Below, in pieces: positions 28,176-37,343 of a DNA stretch of 64,000 nt. The position numbers and the translations under genes are program-made. Position 1 is the stretch's first letter. Every line of letters begins with the position of its first letter. The notes under the pieces were generated by a model that saw nothing but the letters and a program-made list of their open reading frames with translations, ran no database searches and had not been told where the DNA came from. This DNA comes from an uncultured Nitrospiraceae bacterium (lineage in GTDB: Bacteria > Nitrospirota > Thermodesulfovibrionia > Thermodesulfovibrionales > SM23-35), in the NCBI GenBank assembly GCA_963727775.1, contig CAVSHB010000002.1, forward strand, positions 640,001-704,000. The letters run 5' to 3'.

Positions 28176-28235
28176 CTCCCCAATTAACCTGTTCCCCAGG
28201 ATAACCAAGACTTCTTCATGTCTGTGGGCGTGGAG
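28176..28235 (+). repeat. About 60-bp imperfect direct repeat, copy 2
   Basis: CTCCCCAATTAACCTGTTCCCCAGGATAACCAAGACTTCTTCATGTCTGTGGGCGTGGAGG. Confidence 0.75.
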
Positions 28236-28374
28236 GAGGTGGGAAATCCTAATCTTAAAATAGAGCTTATCGGAAATAATCCTTACTATATTTCTTTGTC
28301 GATAAATTCATCACGGCACCATTTCAATAATTTTTCAACGCCGCCGTCCAGTGAAGATTTGCGGCAGAACTACG

Positions 28375-28433
28375 CGGTAACGCCCCGCATCACCGGGAGC
28401 GTGAAACGCATCTCGTGCGTGAGGTTGTTGCGT
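28375..28433 (-). mobile_element. Solo attC site (59 bp)
   Basis: Minus strand: ACGCAAC-N5-CAC[G]CACG...GGTGATG-N6-GTTACCG, 2 nt after a TAG; canonical box spacing. Confidence 0.65.
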
Positions 28434-28628
28434 TTCTAATCTTCATGAATAATATTCTTTTATGGCTCTGTTCTGATATATGGATTCTCAACAGCTATAT
28501 AATATAGCGTTCCTACGATTCCACCTACTATGCCAAGCCCCAGAACACCAACTCATAACTATGAGCTATAAAGTGCATAACTTTAAATTCTTATGGCATA
28601 TCAAGCATAACCCTCTTTTATTGGTTTT

Positions 28629-29086
28629 TAATGTTCCTTTTTTATTATTTTCCTTGCTTCATCAAGATCTCCTCCTTGAGCAAAAGCAATTGCTGACATA
28701 ATCCTCTCAAGCTTTTCCGAGAAAGCCTCTTTTATTTTAGCAAGTAATAAATCTATATCAGCAGGTTTTCTGAGGAAATCAAACCCTCCGAGTTTTTTTG
28801 CCTCTTCCTCATCCTTATCTGTGCCATGTCCTGTCAGGATAATCACCTGGATTTCTCGTTTTATCTTCTTAATCTCCCGAAGAACCTCTATTCCGTGGAG
28901 TCCTGGCATCTTCAGGTCCAGAACTATGACATCAGGCTCTATTTCCTTTATATAAGACAATGCCTGTTCTCCATCATAAACAGTATCCACTAGCAACTTC
29001 CTCATCCTGAGTCTCTGGGCAAGCGTATTCACAAAAGCTACTTCATCGTCAACCAGCAATACCTTGATGTCTTTCTTTTTTTTCAT
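28629..29086 (-). CDS. Response regulator (REC plus short C-terminal helical motif)
   Basis: LLVDDE, LDLKMPG, LTGHG, KP; tail LERIMSAIAFAQGGDLDEARKII. Confidence 0.9.
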
Positions 29087-29152
29087 TGGTTACTCCTTCA
29101 TTAAATTAATTTTTTGCCAAGATACAATTGCAATAATACTTCCTTCATATTT

Positions 29153-29827
29153 TCAGATCCTGTTACTGCTAGAAGACAAAGAGATAGGGAACATTATCGT
29201 TGTTTCATCTGCAGTCTTCTGAGAAATATTCCCCCCCAATTGCTTTATTATATGCTTATAGATCTCGTCGTTGCATATCACCTCCTCATCTGTTTCTATC
29301 AAATTTCCCTTAGGAATGATCGTGATACCTATTGAGTCATGTGAATACACGGTTTTGATAATAATCCTGCTGTTTTTATCAAGCCGCTTGAGATGCTTCT
29401 CAATAAGGCAAAATATAATAAATTGAATCTTCAATGGATTACTATGAATTAAGGGCATGTTTGCAGTAAAGTCTTTTTCAAGACATATCATCTTCTGGTT
29501 TGTAACTCTGCGTAACAAGACCATAAGTTCTTCAATGCTTTTATGAATGTTGAAGGCAGATACGGGTTTCTCCATTCCGTGTCCAAAGCCATTAAGTTTG
29601 TTACAGAAATATGTTGTTTGTTCTATTTGATTTTTTATGGATTGGGTTATTTTTAAAATCTCCTTTAAATCCTTCCGAGACGATGTTTTTCCTAACTCTA
29701 TAAGATCTCCTATCAACCCGACTGACTCTTTTAAAATGGCGAGATGATTGTTGATCTCATGAGAAAATACAGATAAGACTTTCCCTATAAAACTCAAGTG
29801 AGAGGTAATTAATTCTTCGTATTCCAT
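29153..29827 (-). CDS. Atypical histidine kinase (H-box, degenerate ATPase domain)
   Basis: FSHEINNHLAILKES; canonical N/G boxes missing. Confidence 0.7.
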   Translation of the reverse strand: MEYEELITSHLSFIGKVLSVFSHEINNHLAILKESVGLIGDLIELGKTSSRKDLKEILKITQSIKNQIEQTTYFCNKLNGFGHGMEKPVSAFNIHKSIEELMVLLRRVTNQKMICLEKDFTANMPLIHSNPLKIQFIIFCLIEKHLKRLDKNSRIIIKTVYSHDSIGITIIPKGNLIETDEEVICNDEIYKHIIKQLGGNISQKTADETTIMFPISLSSSSNRI

Positions 29828-29837
29828 ATATTAACTC

Positions 29838-30221
29838 TTATGAATGTTTGCTTAAATTTCGTTTCTCATTAGCATTGTTAATTTTTACGATTAATTCACC
29901 CATATCTACAGGTTTCATAATATAATCAAATAGTGCGGTCGGAATTCCTTCGCCAGTTCCCTCTGTTTCTGGTTGACCTGTTAATAAAATAACTTCTATT
30001 GTAGGATCAACTTTTTTGATGGTTTTAAGAACCTCAAGGCCACCAATCCCCGGCATTCTTAGATCGAGTAATACCACATCTGGTGGATCACTTTGTGCGG
30101 TAGTAATTGCATCTTCACCACGATATACAGCCTTTACATCATAATTACGGAGGGTCAATCGTTCCGCTAATGTTGATGCAAATTCCACCTCATCATCTAC
30201 TATAAGCACCTTTGTGCTCAT
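29838..30221 (-). CDS. Single-domain response regulator
   Basis: LIVDDE, LDLRMPG, LTG, KP. Confidence 0.9.
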   Translation of the reverse strand: MSTKVLIVDDEVEFASTLAERLTLRNYDVKAVYRGEDAITTAQSDPPDVVLLDLRMPGIGGLEVLKTIKKVDPTIEVILLTGQPETEGTGEGIPTALFDYIMKPVDMGELIVKINNANEKRNLSKHS

Positions 30222-31411
30222 ACAACTTGTCCTTTAGCGAATTCTGAATTTGTTGGTATCTCCACGATAAACGTTGTTCCTTTATTGCCATCGTTCTCCA
30301 CAAGGATATTACCACCCAAATTTTTTACAATCCCGTATGTTATGGAGAGGCCAAGGCCCGTTCCTTTCCCCTTTTCTTTAGTTGTAAAGAAAGGTTCAAA
30401 GAGATGTTTCAGATCTTCACCTGAAATTCCGTGCCCATTGTCTTTAATAGATACCTTAACCATGTTTTCATCCTTTATATCAGTAGAAACAGCTATGAGA
30501 CCTCCATTTTCAACAGCGTCTATAGCATTCTTTATAATATTCAGAAATACCTGCTGAAGCTGTCCTTTATCACTCCTAACCTCTGGAAGACTTTCTTTGA
30601 GGTTCAGCTCTAAACGAATGTTCTTGTATAAAATCTCTTTTTCGAGAAATACGGTTACTTGTTTTATAATATCATTGAGGTCAAAGATTTCGATAGAGAC
30701 TTCTGTTTTTCGTGCAAATCCTAAAATGCGATGGGTAACTGTTCGGCAGCGATTTATGCTTTCAAATATCGCATCCAGTAAATTTAAAAACCTTGTCTTA
30801 TACTTAAAATCCTCTGACATTTCAAGAATGTCCTTCATTAAGCCTGCCTTTTCGTTGATTATGGCAAGGGGGTTATTTATTTCATGCGCCACACCCGCTG
30901 CAAATGTCCCAAGTATTGCAAGTTTTTCATATGCTATAAGTTGTGCCTGCTTCTCGTATAATTTTCCTACTGCCTCTTCAACTGCCTGTTCAAGAGAACT
31001 CTTTACATCCAGAAGTGCTATGTTTTCCTTCTTTAGTTTTACTTTCTCAACAGCCTCCTTCACAACCTTTCGTACCTCATCCAATTTATAAGGCTTTGCG
31101 ATATAATAGAATGCACCTTGTTTCATAGCATCAATTGCTGTTTCTAAGGTTGCATACCCTGTTATCATTATTACCTCTGTGTCAGGGTACAGCTCGCGGC
31201 ATCTCTTCAGTACCTGTATTCCGTCTACCTTCTCCATTCTTAAGTCAGTGAGGACAACATCAAATTGGTGTTCATCAAGAAGTTTCAGGGCATTTTGTCC
31301 GCTCCCGGTTCCTACGACCTCATAGCCCTCCTTTTTCATAATATGTACAAGGTTTCCCATGGCTACCTGTTCATCATCAACAATCAATAACTGCGCGATA
31401 CCCATAGTCAT
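30218..31411 (-). CDS. Hybrid REC-HisKA-HATPase kinase
   Basis: NtrC-type receiver, then AHEINNPL, NIIKNAIDA, DNGHGI, FTTK..GTGLGL. Confidence 0.88.
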   Translation of the reverse strand: MTMGIAQLLIVDDEQVAMGNLVHIMKKEGYEVVGTGSGQNALKLLDEHQFDVVLTDLRMEKVDGIQVLKRCRELYPDTEVIMITGYATLETAIDAMKQGAFYYIAKPYKLDEVRKVVKEAVEKVKLKKENIALLDVKSSLEQAVEEAVGKLYEKQAQLIAYEKLAILGTFAAGVAHEINNPLAIINEKAGLMKDILEMSEDFKYKTRFLNLLDAIFESINRCRTVTHRILGFARKTEVSIEIFDLNDIIKQVTVFLEKEILYKNIRLELNLKESLPEVRSDKGQLQQVFLNIIKNAIDAVENGGLIAVSTDIKDENMVKVSIKDNGHGISGEDLKHLFEPFFTTKEKGKGTGLGLSITYGIVKNLGGNILVENDGNKGTTFIVEIPTNSEFAKGQVV

Positions 31412-32202
31412 GCCCTTCCCATTTGTAATCGTATTAAAAAAAAGGAGGTTTCCTCCCCGACCTTACTGTAAACCCTAATACAGCTGTTATGTTCTTCAAT
31501 CATTTCCTCAACGACGTAGAGTCCGAGTCCTGAGCCTTTTCTTATATCGATTGGTGCTGAGTCTTTTTCAGAGTCTTTCGTGGTAAAGAAGGGATCAAAT
31601 ATTTGCGGTAGAATTTCTGGTGGGATTCCTTCACCTGTGTCTTGTATCTTAATATCGATAGAATCCTTACCAACAGGACATTCACCAGTACACGTACCAC
31701 TATATTTTGACAAGTTACAACCATGTTCTTTTACTGCTGTTTTTTCCTTTTCAAAATGTTTTTGTGCCCTGATGAACACCTTCACTTTTTCCTCCATGGA
31801 TTCCGCAGCATTTTTTATCAGATTCAAAAATGCCTGCTGCATATGTTGTTTATCTGCAAAGATCATTATATCGCTCGGAATTTCGAGAATAGTTTCGACT
31901 CCTTCTGGTATAGTACCTTATAAGAGATAGTATAGTCTCTTCAACAAGTTTATTCAGTTGATATGATTCCTTTTTGAATTCTCTTTGCCTTGAGAACTCT
32001 TTGCATCCAGAAGTCTTTTTTCCATCTGGTTAAACGACATTTCAAGGGAAGCAATCCCATACTTCCCTTTGGCCTCTATCGTCTCTGAGAAATCTCTCAT
32101 AGCAATCTTCTTCGTTGAAAGTTTTATGTTTATGATCGTTCCTAATACTATTATTGTAAGCAGTCCAGATAGAAGCAGTTTAGCAGCCCTCTTAAGTGTC
32201 AT
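31408..32202 (-). pseudogene. Internally deleted sensor histidine kinase
   Basis: TM/HAMP-like remnant (31954..32202) and HATPase remnant (NLIKNA, DTGEGI, GSGLGL) in different frames; no H-box. Confidence 0.7.
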
Positions 32203-32210
32203 TTACTATA

Positions 32211-32263
32211 CATGGCAAAGTGATGCGTGTTATCTTTTACTTTGTTACGCATCACTTGCCATG
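32211..32263. repeat. Long intergenic inverted repeat (possible terminator or mRNA-stabilising hairpin)
   Basis: CATGGCAAAGTGATGCGT ... ACGCATCACTTGCCATG. Confidence 0.55.
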
Positions 32264-32272
32264 GTTTGACTC

Positions 32273-33130
32273 TTATGCCCTGGAGACAAGGACGGGACAA
32301 TGCGCATATCCGATTATCTTTTCGGCCACACTTCCAATGAGAAGTCTCCTTAGTCCTGTTCTGCCATGAGATCCCATCACAATGATATTGATATTGCGTT
32401 CCTTCGCAAACTCAGTTATTTTCCGGTAGGCCTCTTCACCTTCCAATACGAAAGTCTCTGTTTTCAGCCCAGCGGAGTCAGCCTGGCTTTTCACCTCCCC
32501 AACATATATCTTTGCTTTCCTGATCATATCTTCTACGGCCGCAGGAGACACGCCATAAAGTTCAGCGGGGGCATCAACAACCGCCACAGCAGTTAATTCA
32601 CTACCGTACACTTTTGCAAAATTGATCGCCCTTTCAGCAGCAGCCTTGCTGTACTTTGAACCATCTGTCGTCACGAGAATCCTTTGCCAGCCAATTTCTG
32701 ACTTCGCTGGAATAACAAGTACATCCCTCTGGCTGTGGCCTATGACCCTTGCAGCCACACTTCCGATCAGAACCCTCTCGAGACCCGACACTCCCTTCGT
32801 TCCCATCAAGATTAAATTACAGTTTTCCGCCTCTGCGACGTCGATAATCCGTTCATACGGTTCGCCTTCTTCACATACTGTTCTAATCGACACACCTAAT
32901 GATCTCGCCATTTCGTTTGCTTTTGAAAGAGCTATCTCGCAAGGATTTTTCAAAGCTGCCTTTATATTTCCTACCCCGACCAGACTCAGATCTCCTTCAT
33001 ATCGCGGGGAAACCGAAACCACAGTTATCCGGCTCCCCTCTTTAGAGGCCAGCTTAAAGGACTCCTGCAGTGCATGCATGCTCGAATCAGAGCCGTCAAT
33101 AGCGACAAGTATTTTTCTATATAGTCCCAT
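32273..33130 (-). CDS. Tandem-domain universal stress protein
   Basis: Two USP domains (ILVAIDGS..GSVA; ILVTTDGS..MGSHGRTG..GSVAE). Confidence 0.93.
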   Translation of the reverse strand: MGLYRKILVAIDGSDSSMHALQESFKLASKEGSRITVVSVSPRYEGDLSLVGVGNIKAALKNPCEIALSKANEMARSLGVSIRTVCEEGEPYERIIDVAEAENCNLILMGTKGVSGLERVLIGSVAARVIGHSQRDVLVIPAKSEIGWQRILVTTDGSKYSKAAAERAINFAKVYGSELTAVAVVDAPAELYGVSPAAVEDMIRKAKIYVGEVKSQADSAGLKTETFVLEGEEAYRKITEFAKERNINIIVMGSHGRTGLRRLLIGSVAEKIIGYAHCPVLVSRA

Positions 33131-33141
33131 TTTTCTCCTTC

Positions 33142-34227
33142 CTAAATGCGTTCCAATGATTTTTGTTGGGCCAGCTCACGTTCCGCCCGGCGTCCCTGCC
33201 ACATACCTCGAAGGATGATAAAGGCTCCGAGGAGAAGGGCAAATACCATTATCGCGAAACTCGAGTTTTTCAGTACCTTAACGGTAGTTTCATTCATTAC
33301 ATGTATCACCTTCAACTGCCCAAGGTATACGGGTATCATCAACGCCCTGCTGAAAAGAACGGTAACCATGATAGCACCCATGACGAACTTGATCATAAAC
33401 GGCTTAACATAGGTTGTACCCATGGCTCCCAGCTGAATACCAAAGAGAGAACCTGCCAGAATAATCGCGGTTAAACGAAAATCAACCAATCCGTGCAATG
33501 CATACTTGAATGAACCGCCCAGTCCCATGACAAATGCCACGACTAGTTCTGTAGCCGAACCCATAAGACTTGGAGCTCCAAGCACATAGATTAACGAAGG
33601 GACCCCGATAAAACCTCCGACAGCAATGGTAGCAGCGGACATGCCGGTTAGAAAGGCAAGCGGTATGATAAACAGGACCGATACCTTCGCCTTAAGGCTT
33701 TTGAAATACACCATTGTTCCCGGTATATTGACGGACTGGACCCATCTGGCTATTTTTGATACCTTCTCTTCTTCATCCGATTTGCCAGATCTGTAAGTCT
33801 TCACCGCATCCCGCAGAACGAAACCACCTACAATTGCGAGTATCACAACAAATGAACCACTCACATAAAGGTTGGAACCGGCGTCACCAAATTCCTTCTT
33901 TATGTGCTCCTGGATATTGGCACCGTAAAATACACCCGCCTCAGCAAAGATACCGAAGATAACACCCAATTTGACATCCACCTGGCCGTACTTTGCACGC
34001 TTGATGGCGCCAACGAGCGCCTTCGGAAACTTATGGCACATATTGCTTGCAACTGCCACAAGTCCCGGCACACCTATGCTCATCATCCCGGGAGTAAGTA
34101 CAAAGGCGCCGCCGGAACCGATGAATCCGCTCACCAGCCCGCCGATGAAACCGACAATAAAAAGATACAATATATTCGCGTAACTCAGATCTATAAACTT
34201 TACTACTTCATGGACTACATCTTGCAT
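33142..34227 (-). CDS. TauE/SafE-family sulfite exporter
   Basis: SGFIGSGGAFVLTP, second repeat AVGGFIGVP; multi-TM. Confidence 0.88.
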   Translation of the reverse strand: MQDVVHEVVKFIDLSYANILYLFIVGFIGGLVSGFIGSGGAFVLTPGMMSIGVPGLVAVASNMCHKFPKALVGAIKRAKYGQVDVKLGVIFGIFAEAGVFYGANIQEHIKKEFGDAGSNLYVSGSFVVILAIVGGFVLRDAVKTYRSGKSDEEEKVSKIARWVQSVNIPGTMVYFKSLKAKVSVLFIIPLAFLTGMSAATIAVGGFIGVPSLIYVLGAPSLMGSATELVVAFVMGLGGSFKYALHGLVDFRLTAIILAGSLFGIQLGAMGTTYVKPFMIKFVMGAIMVTVLFSRALMIPVYLGQLKVIHVMNETTVKVLKNSSFAIMVFALLLGAFIILRGMWQGRRAERELAQQKSLERI

Positions 34228-34282
34228 TCTGATCCCTCCTTTTCCCTATGATTTCGTTTCTACAATCCTGTTCTCATGAGGG

Positions 34283-34591
34283 TTACGATTGCGGATGCTC
34301 TCTTCTCTCGGGACGTTCATCCTCTATTCTCGGTATCACCACAGCACTTTTCCTTGCTTCGATGCCTAAAACAGTCCAGAAATAACCGGTGAAATGACCA
34401 TGAACGTAAGATATAGCAAAGGCTCCTGCAATCGGCAGCAAAGCATACATTGCGCCTCTTGTGAAATATGCCGTAATGAAACCTTGGTATGAGAGGGTCG
34501 CTCCAAAGATGATTGCCGAACAAATCCCAAAAAGCACCATTTTCCCTACCGGCTTTTTTGTTGATTTTCTATAATCTGCAGCCATAATCAT
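34283..34591 (-). CDS. Small membrane protein associated with TauE
   Basis: Two TM segments, SYVHGHFTGYFWTVLGIE; RBS AAGGAGG. Confidence 0.75.
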   Translation of the reverse strand: MIMAADYRKSTKKPVGKMVLFGICSAIIFGATLSYQGFITAYFTRGAMYALLPIAGAFAISYVHGHFTGYFWTVLGIEARKSAVVIPRIEDERPERREHPQS

Positions 34592-34617
34592 CCTCCTTAT
34601 GCAATAAATTTATTTCT

Positions 34618-35097
34618 TCATGCTTTCGACTGTTTTGAAACCAGCACCAAAGGACAATTGAGTCTATCCCATTTCTTCAATGTTTCCGGTTCATCACTCA
34701 CGGAATCATTCACCAAATCCTGTGAATCAATAACAACAAACTGGATACCTTTTTCTTTTTCTATAAACCTGATGATCTCCTCTTTCATTGTTTCTTTGCA
34801 CCGTATCACCTGATACTCTATCCCTTTTGTTTGCAGTTCCTTCAGCTCTTCTTCCAGAAATGTTATGTCATCCTTGTTTTTTGTGATATACAGGATTTCG
34901 ATCCCTACCCTGATGCGTTTACAGATATATAAAGCGTATCTTGCCGCTTTCATATCTGTTTCCTCACCAGTTAAAACAAGTAATACCTTGCGCCTTTCAT
35001 TGATAATCTTTTTTGTAGCATCAAATTCCTCTGCCTCTGCATAGGCAGCTGCAGACATTATTCCTTCAAATTGTTTTACTAACTCTTTTATATGCAT
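34618..35097 (-). CDS. USP-like hypothetical protein with N-terminal 'AAAYAEAEE' motif
   Basis: KVLLVL...ARYALYICKRI..IEILYI...FVVID..CPLVLV, a USP-like pattern. Confidence 0.7.
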   Translation of the reverse strand: MHIKELVKQFEGIMSAAAYAEAEEFDATKKIINERRKVLLVLTGEETDMKAARYALYICKRIRVGIEILYITKNKDDITFLEEELKELQTKGIEYQVIRCKETMKEEIIRFIEKEKGIQFVVIDSQDLVNDSVSDEPETLKKWDRLNCPLVLVSKQSKA

Positions 35098-35261
35098 GCC
35101 TTCAAAAATCCTCTCGATGCTGTTGTCTTTAAAGATGTTAGAAATGGATGAACAATTCTCCTATGTGACAAGATTGAAAACATTATTGATAAGGTACTGA
35201 TAAAATAATTCTGCTTCATTATCTGATCAGTGCCTCATCAATAAATAACTGCATCCTGCAA

Positions 35262-35441
35262 TTACCTTTCTATCCCAGATGCCCGTAATTCTTTTCTGGG
35301 CCTGCTGCTTGGGGTTATTCTGTCCACTTTCTGCGGTTTCTTGTCTTCTCTCAGAATCTCCCTTGCTATCTCAAACTCCCCAGCCTCTGCAAATGTGGCT
35401 GCTACAAACACGCTCTCTAATCTTTTCATTAACCCTTTCAT
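35262..35441 (-). CDS. 59-aa small protein with 'AATFAEAGE' motif
   Basis: Below the ORF cutoff; RBS AAGGAGG; MKGLMKRLESVFVAATFAEAGEFEIAREILREDKKPQKVDRITPSSRPRKELRASGIER. Confidence 0.8.
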   Translation of the reverse strand: MKGLMKRLESVFVAATFAEAGEFEIAREILREDKKPQKVDRITPSSRPRKELRASGIER

Positions 35442-35475
35442 GTTATTTACGCCTCCTTTCTTTTATCTTTGTAGT

Positions 35476-35491
35476 ATCAACTTTCATGCCA
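35476..35491 (-). promoter_or_regulatory. sigma54-like promoter
   Basis: TGGCATGAAAGTTGAT (-12 reads GA instead of GC), about 35 nt upstream of the small gene. Confidence 0.5.
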
Positions 35492-35902
35492 TGTGAAGTT
35501 ATCCTTATAAATAAAGATGTTATGAGATATTTATCATAACCTTGGAAAGCGTGAAATGCTTCATAATGCAACATAAATGATTATATGCCTTCCTGAATGT
35601 CTTTATCCTTGGTGGGGACTGCATCGAGCCTATTTTACATTTGCGTTGCAAATAAAAGGCGCCTGTTTCTTTTTGCAATATATTTTGATTATTGTTCTGA
35701 GCTCATAATTCAAACGGATATATTGAGGGTTATTGCACAACTCCTCGAAAAGGTATAAAGTACCATCCGGCCATAATATAATATAACCACCATTTTAAAC
35801 CCTTTAACTTTCCTCTTAGGAGATCATTGTAGCAAATAATCTTGACAAGTACCATTCAAATATACTAATCTCGTTAGCAATCATAGTATAGAAAGAATAA
35901 TT

Positions 35903-37312
35903 ATGTCTACGGCGCAGATGAGAGCAAAGGTTGTAAGAGACAATACTGGCATTGCAGTCGAACTGCCATTATTAATGACCGATGGCGGACCGTTGCTTTC
36001 TCTCATTGATTATTTAGTCCACTATACCTACGCGCGTAGTGCTTCATGGCAACAAAAAGTTGTATGTGCGGTGGGGCTGCTGATGGACTATATCATAGCT
36101 AACTACAATTGTTTTGCAGATCCCAAAGAACTCTTCAACACGTTTGTTCAACGGCTCCACTCTGGAACGATCGGCGAGGACGGAACTGATCCGAGCGGTT
36201 TATATTGGCTGCCGAGAGATGAGGGCTTAGTTAGGCAATACCTAACTCATATATCTGGGTTCTCTGATTGGCTTGCCGCCAGAAACAACGATATGAAACC
36301 ACTCAATCCATGGCGCAGGGCTAGGACTTGTGAAGAGATGCTGAACTGGGCTGCTTATAACCACCGCCACAACAAGGCCTTTCTTGGACATACTTGGGAT
36401 TTAGTCAAAGCCTCAGAAACAGCCAAGAGAGCACGCAATACCTTGATGATGCGATCACCGAAAATTGAGCATGCTGGCGTAAAATACTTCCCAGATGATC
36501 GATTTGAGGACTTGATATTTAAGGGCTTTATGGTTTACGGCAAAGAAAAGAGCCCGAGACTCGAAGAGCGCTTGAATCTTCGTGACATACTGATTACAAT
36601 TCTGCTTCATTGGGGTGGTCTGAGGATGAGCGAGCCATTTCATCTATTCGTGCATGATGTGTTGCCGGACCCTCACGATCCCGAAAGTGCGCTAGTCCGG
36701 ATATTTCATCCCTCTGATGGTTTAGCCCCTCCTGATTGGCTCGATGCAAAGGCTAATCCAATAAAGTGTAAACGGGGCGCATACTTAAGAGGCAAATACC
36801 AGATGCTGCCTCGCAATGAATATCTAAAGACTGATGGACGGCACGCGGGATGGAAAGATTCATTGCTTGAGAACAAGCAAAAATTCATGTATGTGCATTG
36901 GTTCCCTAGCTGGGGCGGTAGAATATTTAAGAAATTCTGGGATCTGTATCTTGTCCAACGCGCCGCGCTTAACTGTTATCATCCGTATGCATTTGCATCT
37001 AAAACCGGTGGAATATGTATGATACACCCTTATGCAATAGCTCATGACCGGGCTATAAGACGCATTGGAATGGTTTCCGCGAAGATGAACGGAACCACAC
37101 CGCATGGACATCGCCATGCATTCGGACGACGCATGGTTGCTGCGAATATCGATCCGACCATACGAAAGGCAGCTCTGCATCACAAGTCCCTTGAGTCTCA
37201 GGGAATCTATACTGAGCCTACGGTGCAGAAGGTAACAGCCACTCTGACAGCGGCATCTAAGGCTTTGGGAAAAAAGGCTCCTGAGTTTATGCACTGGATG
37301 ACGGAATTTTAA
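35903..37312 (+). CDS. gmtY: Tyrosine recombinase, GmtY-like
   Basis: GGLRMSEPFHL (R), GTTPHGHRH (HxxR), LHHKSLESQGIYT (H, Y); N-terminal GTIGEDGTDPSGLYWLP. Confidence 0.85.
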   Translation: MSTAQMRAKVVRDNTGIAVELPLLMTDGGPLLSLIDYLVHYTYARSASWQQKVVCAVGLLMDYIIANYNCFADPKELFNTFVQRLHSGTIGEDGTDPSGLYWLPRDEGLVRQYLTHISGFSDWLAARNNDMKPLNPWRRARTCEEMLNWAAYNHRHNKAFLGHTWDLVKASETAKRARNTLMMRSPKIEHAGVKYFPDDRFEDLIFKGFMVYGKEKSPRLEERLNLRDILITILLHWGGLRMSEPFHLFVHDVLPDPHDPESALVRIFHPSDGLAPPDWLDAKANPIKCKRGAYLRGKYQMLPRNEYLKTDGRHAGWKDSLLENKQKFMYVHWFPSWGGRIFKKFWDLYLVQRAALNCYHPYAFASKTGGICMIHPYAIAHDRAIRRIGMVSAKMNGTTPHGHRHAFGRRMVAANIDPTIRKAALHHKSLESQGIYTEPTVQKVTATLTAASKALGKKAPEFMHWMTEF

Positions 37313-37343
37313 CGGCAGGCGTGGCCAAAAGAAGGAGGGATTC

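Noticed and set aside
35098..35220. Possible frameshifted 5' extension (MKQNYFISTLSIMF...) of 34618..35097
   Set aside because: Plausible but cannot be supported without homologue alignment
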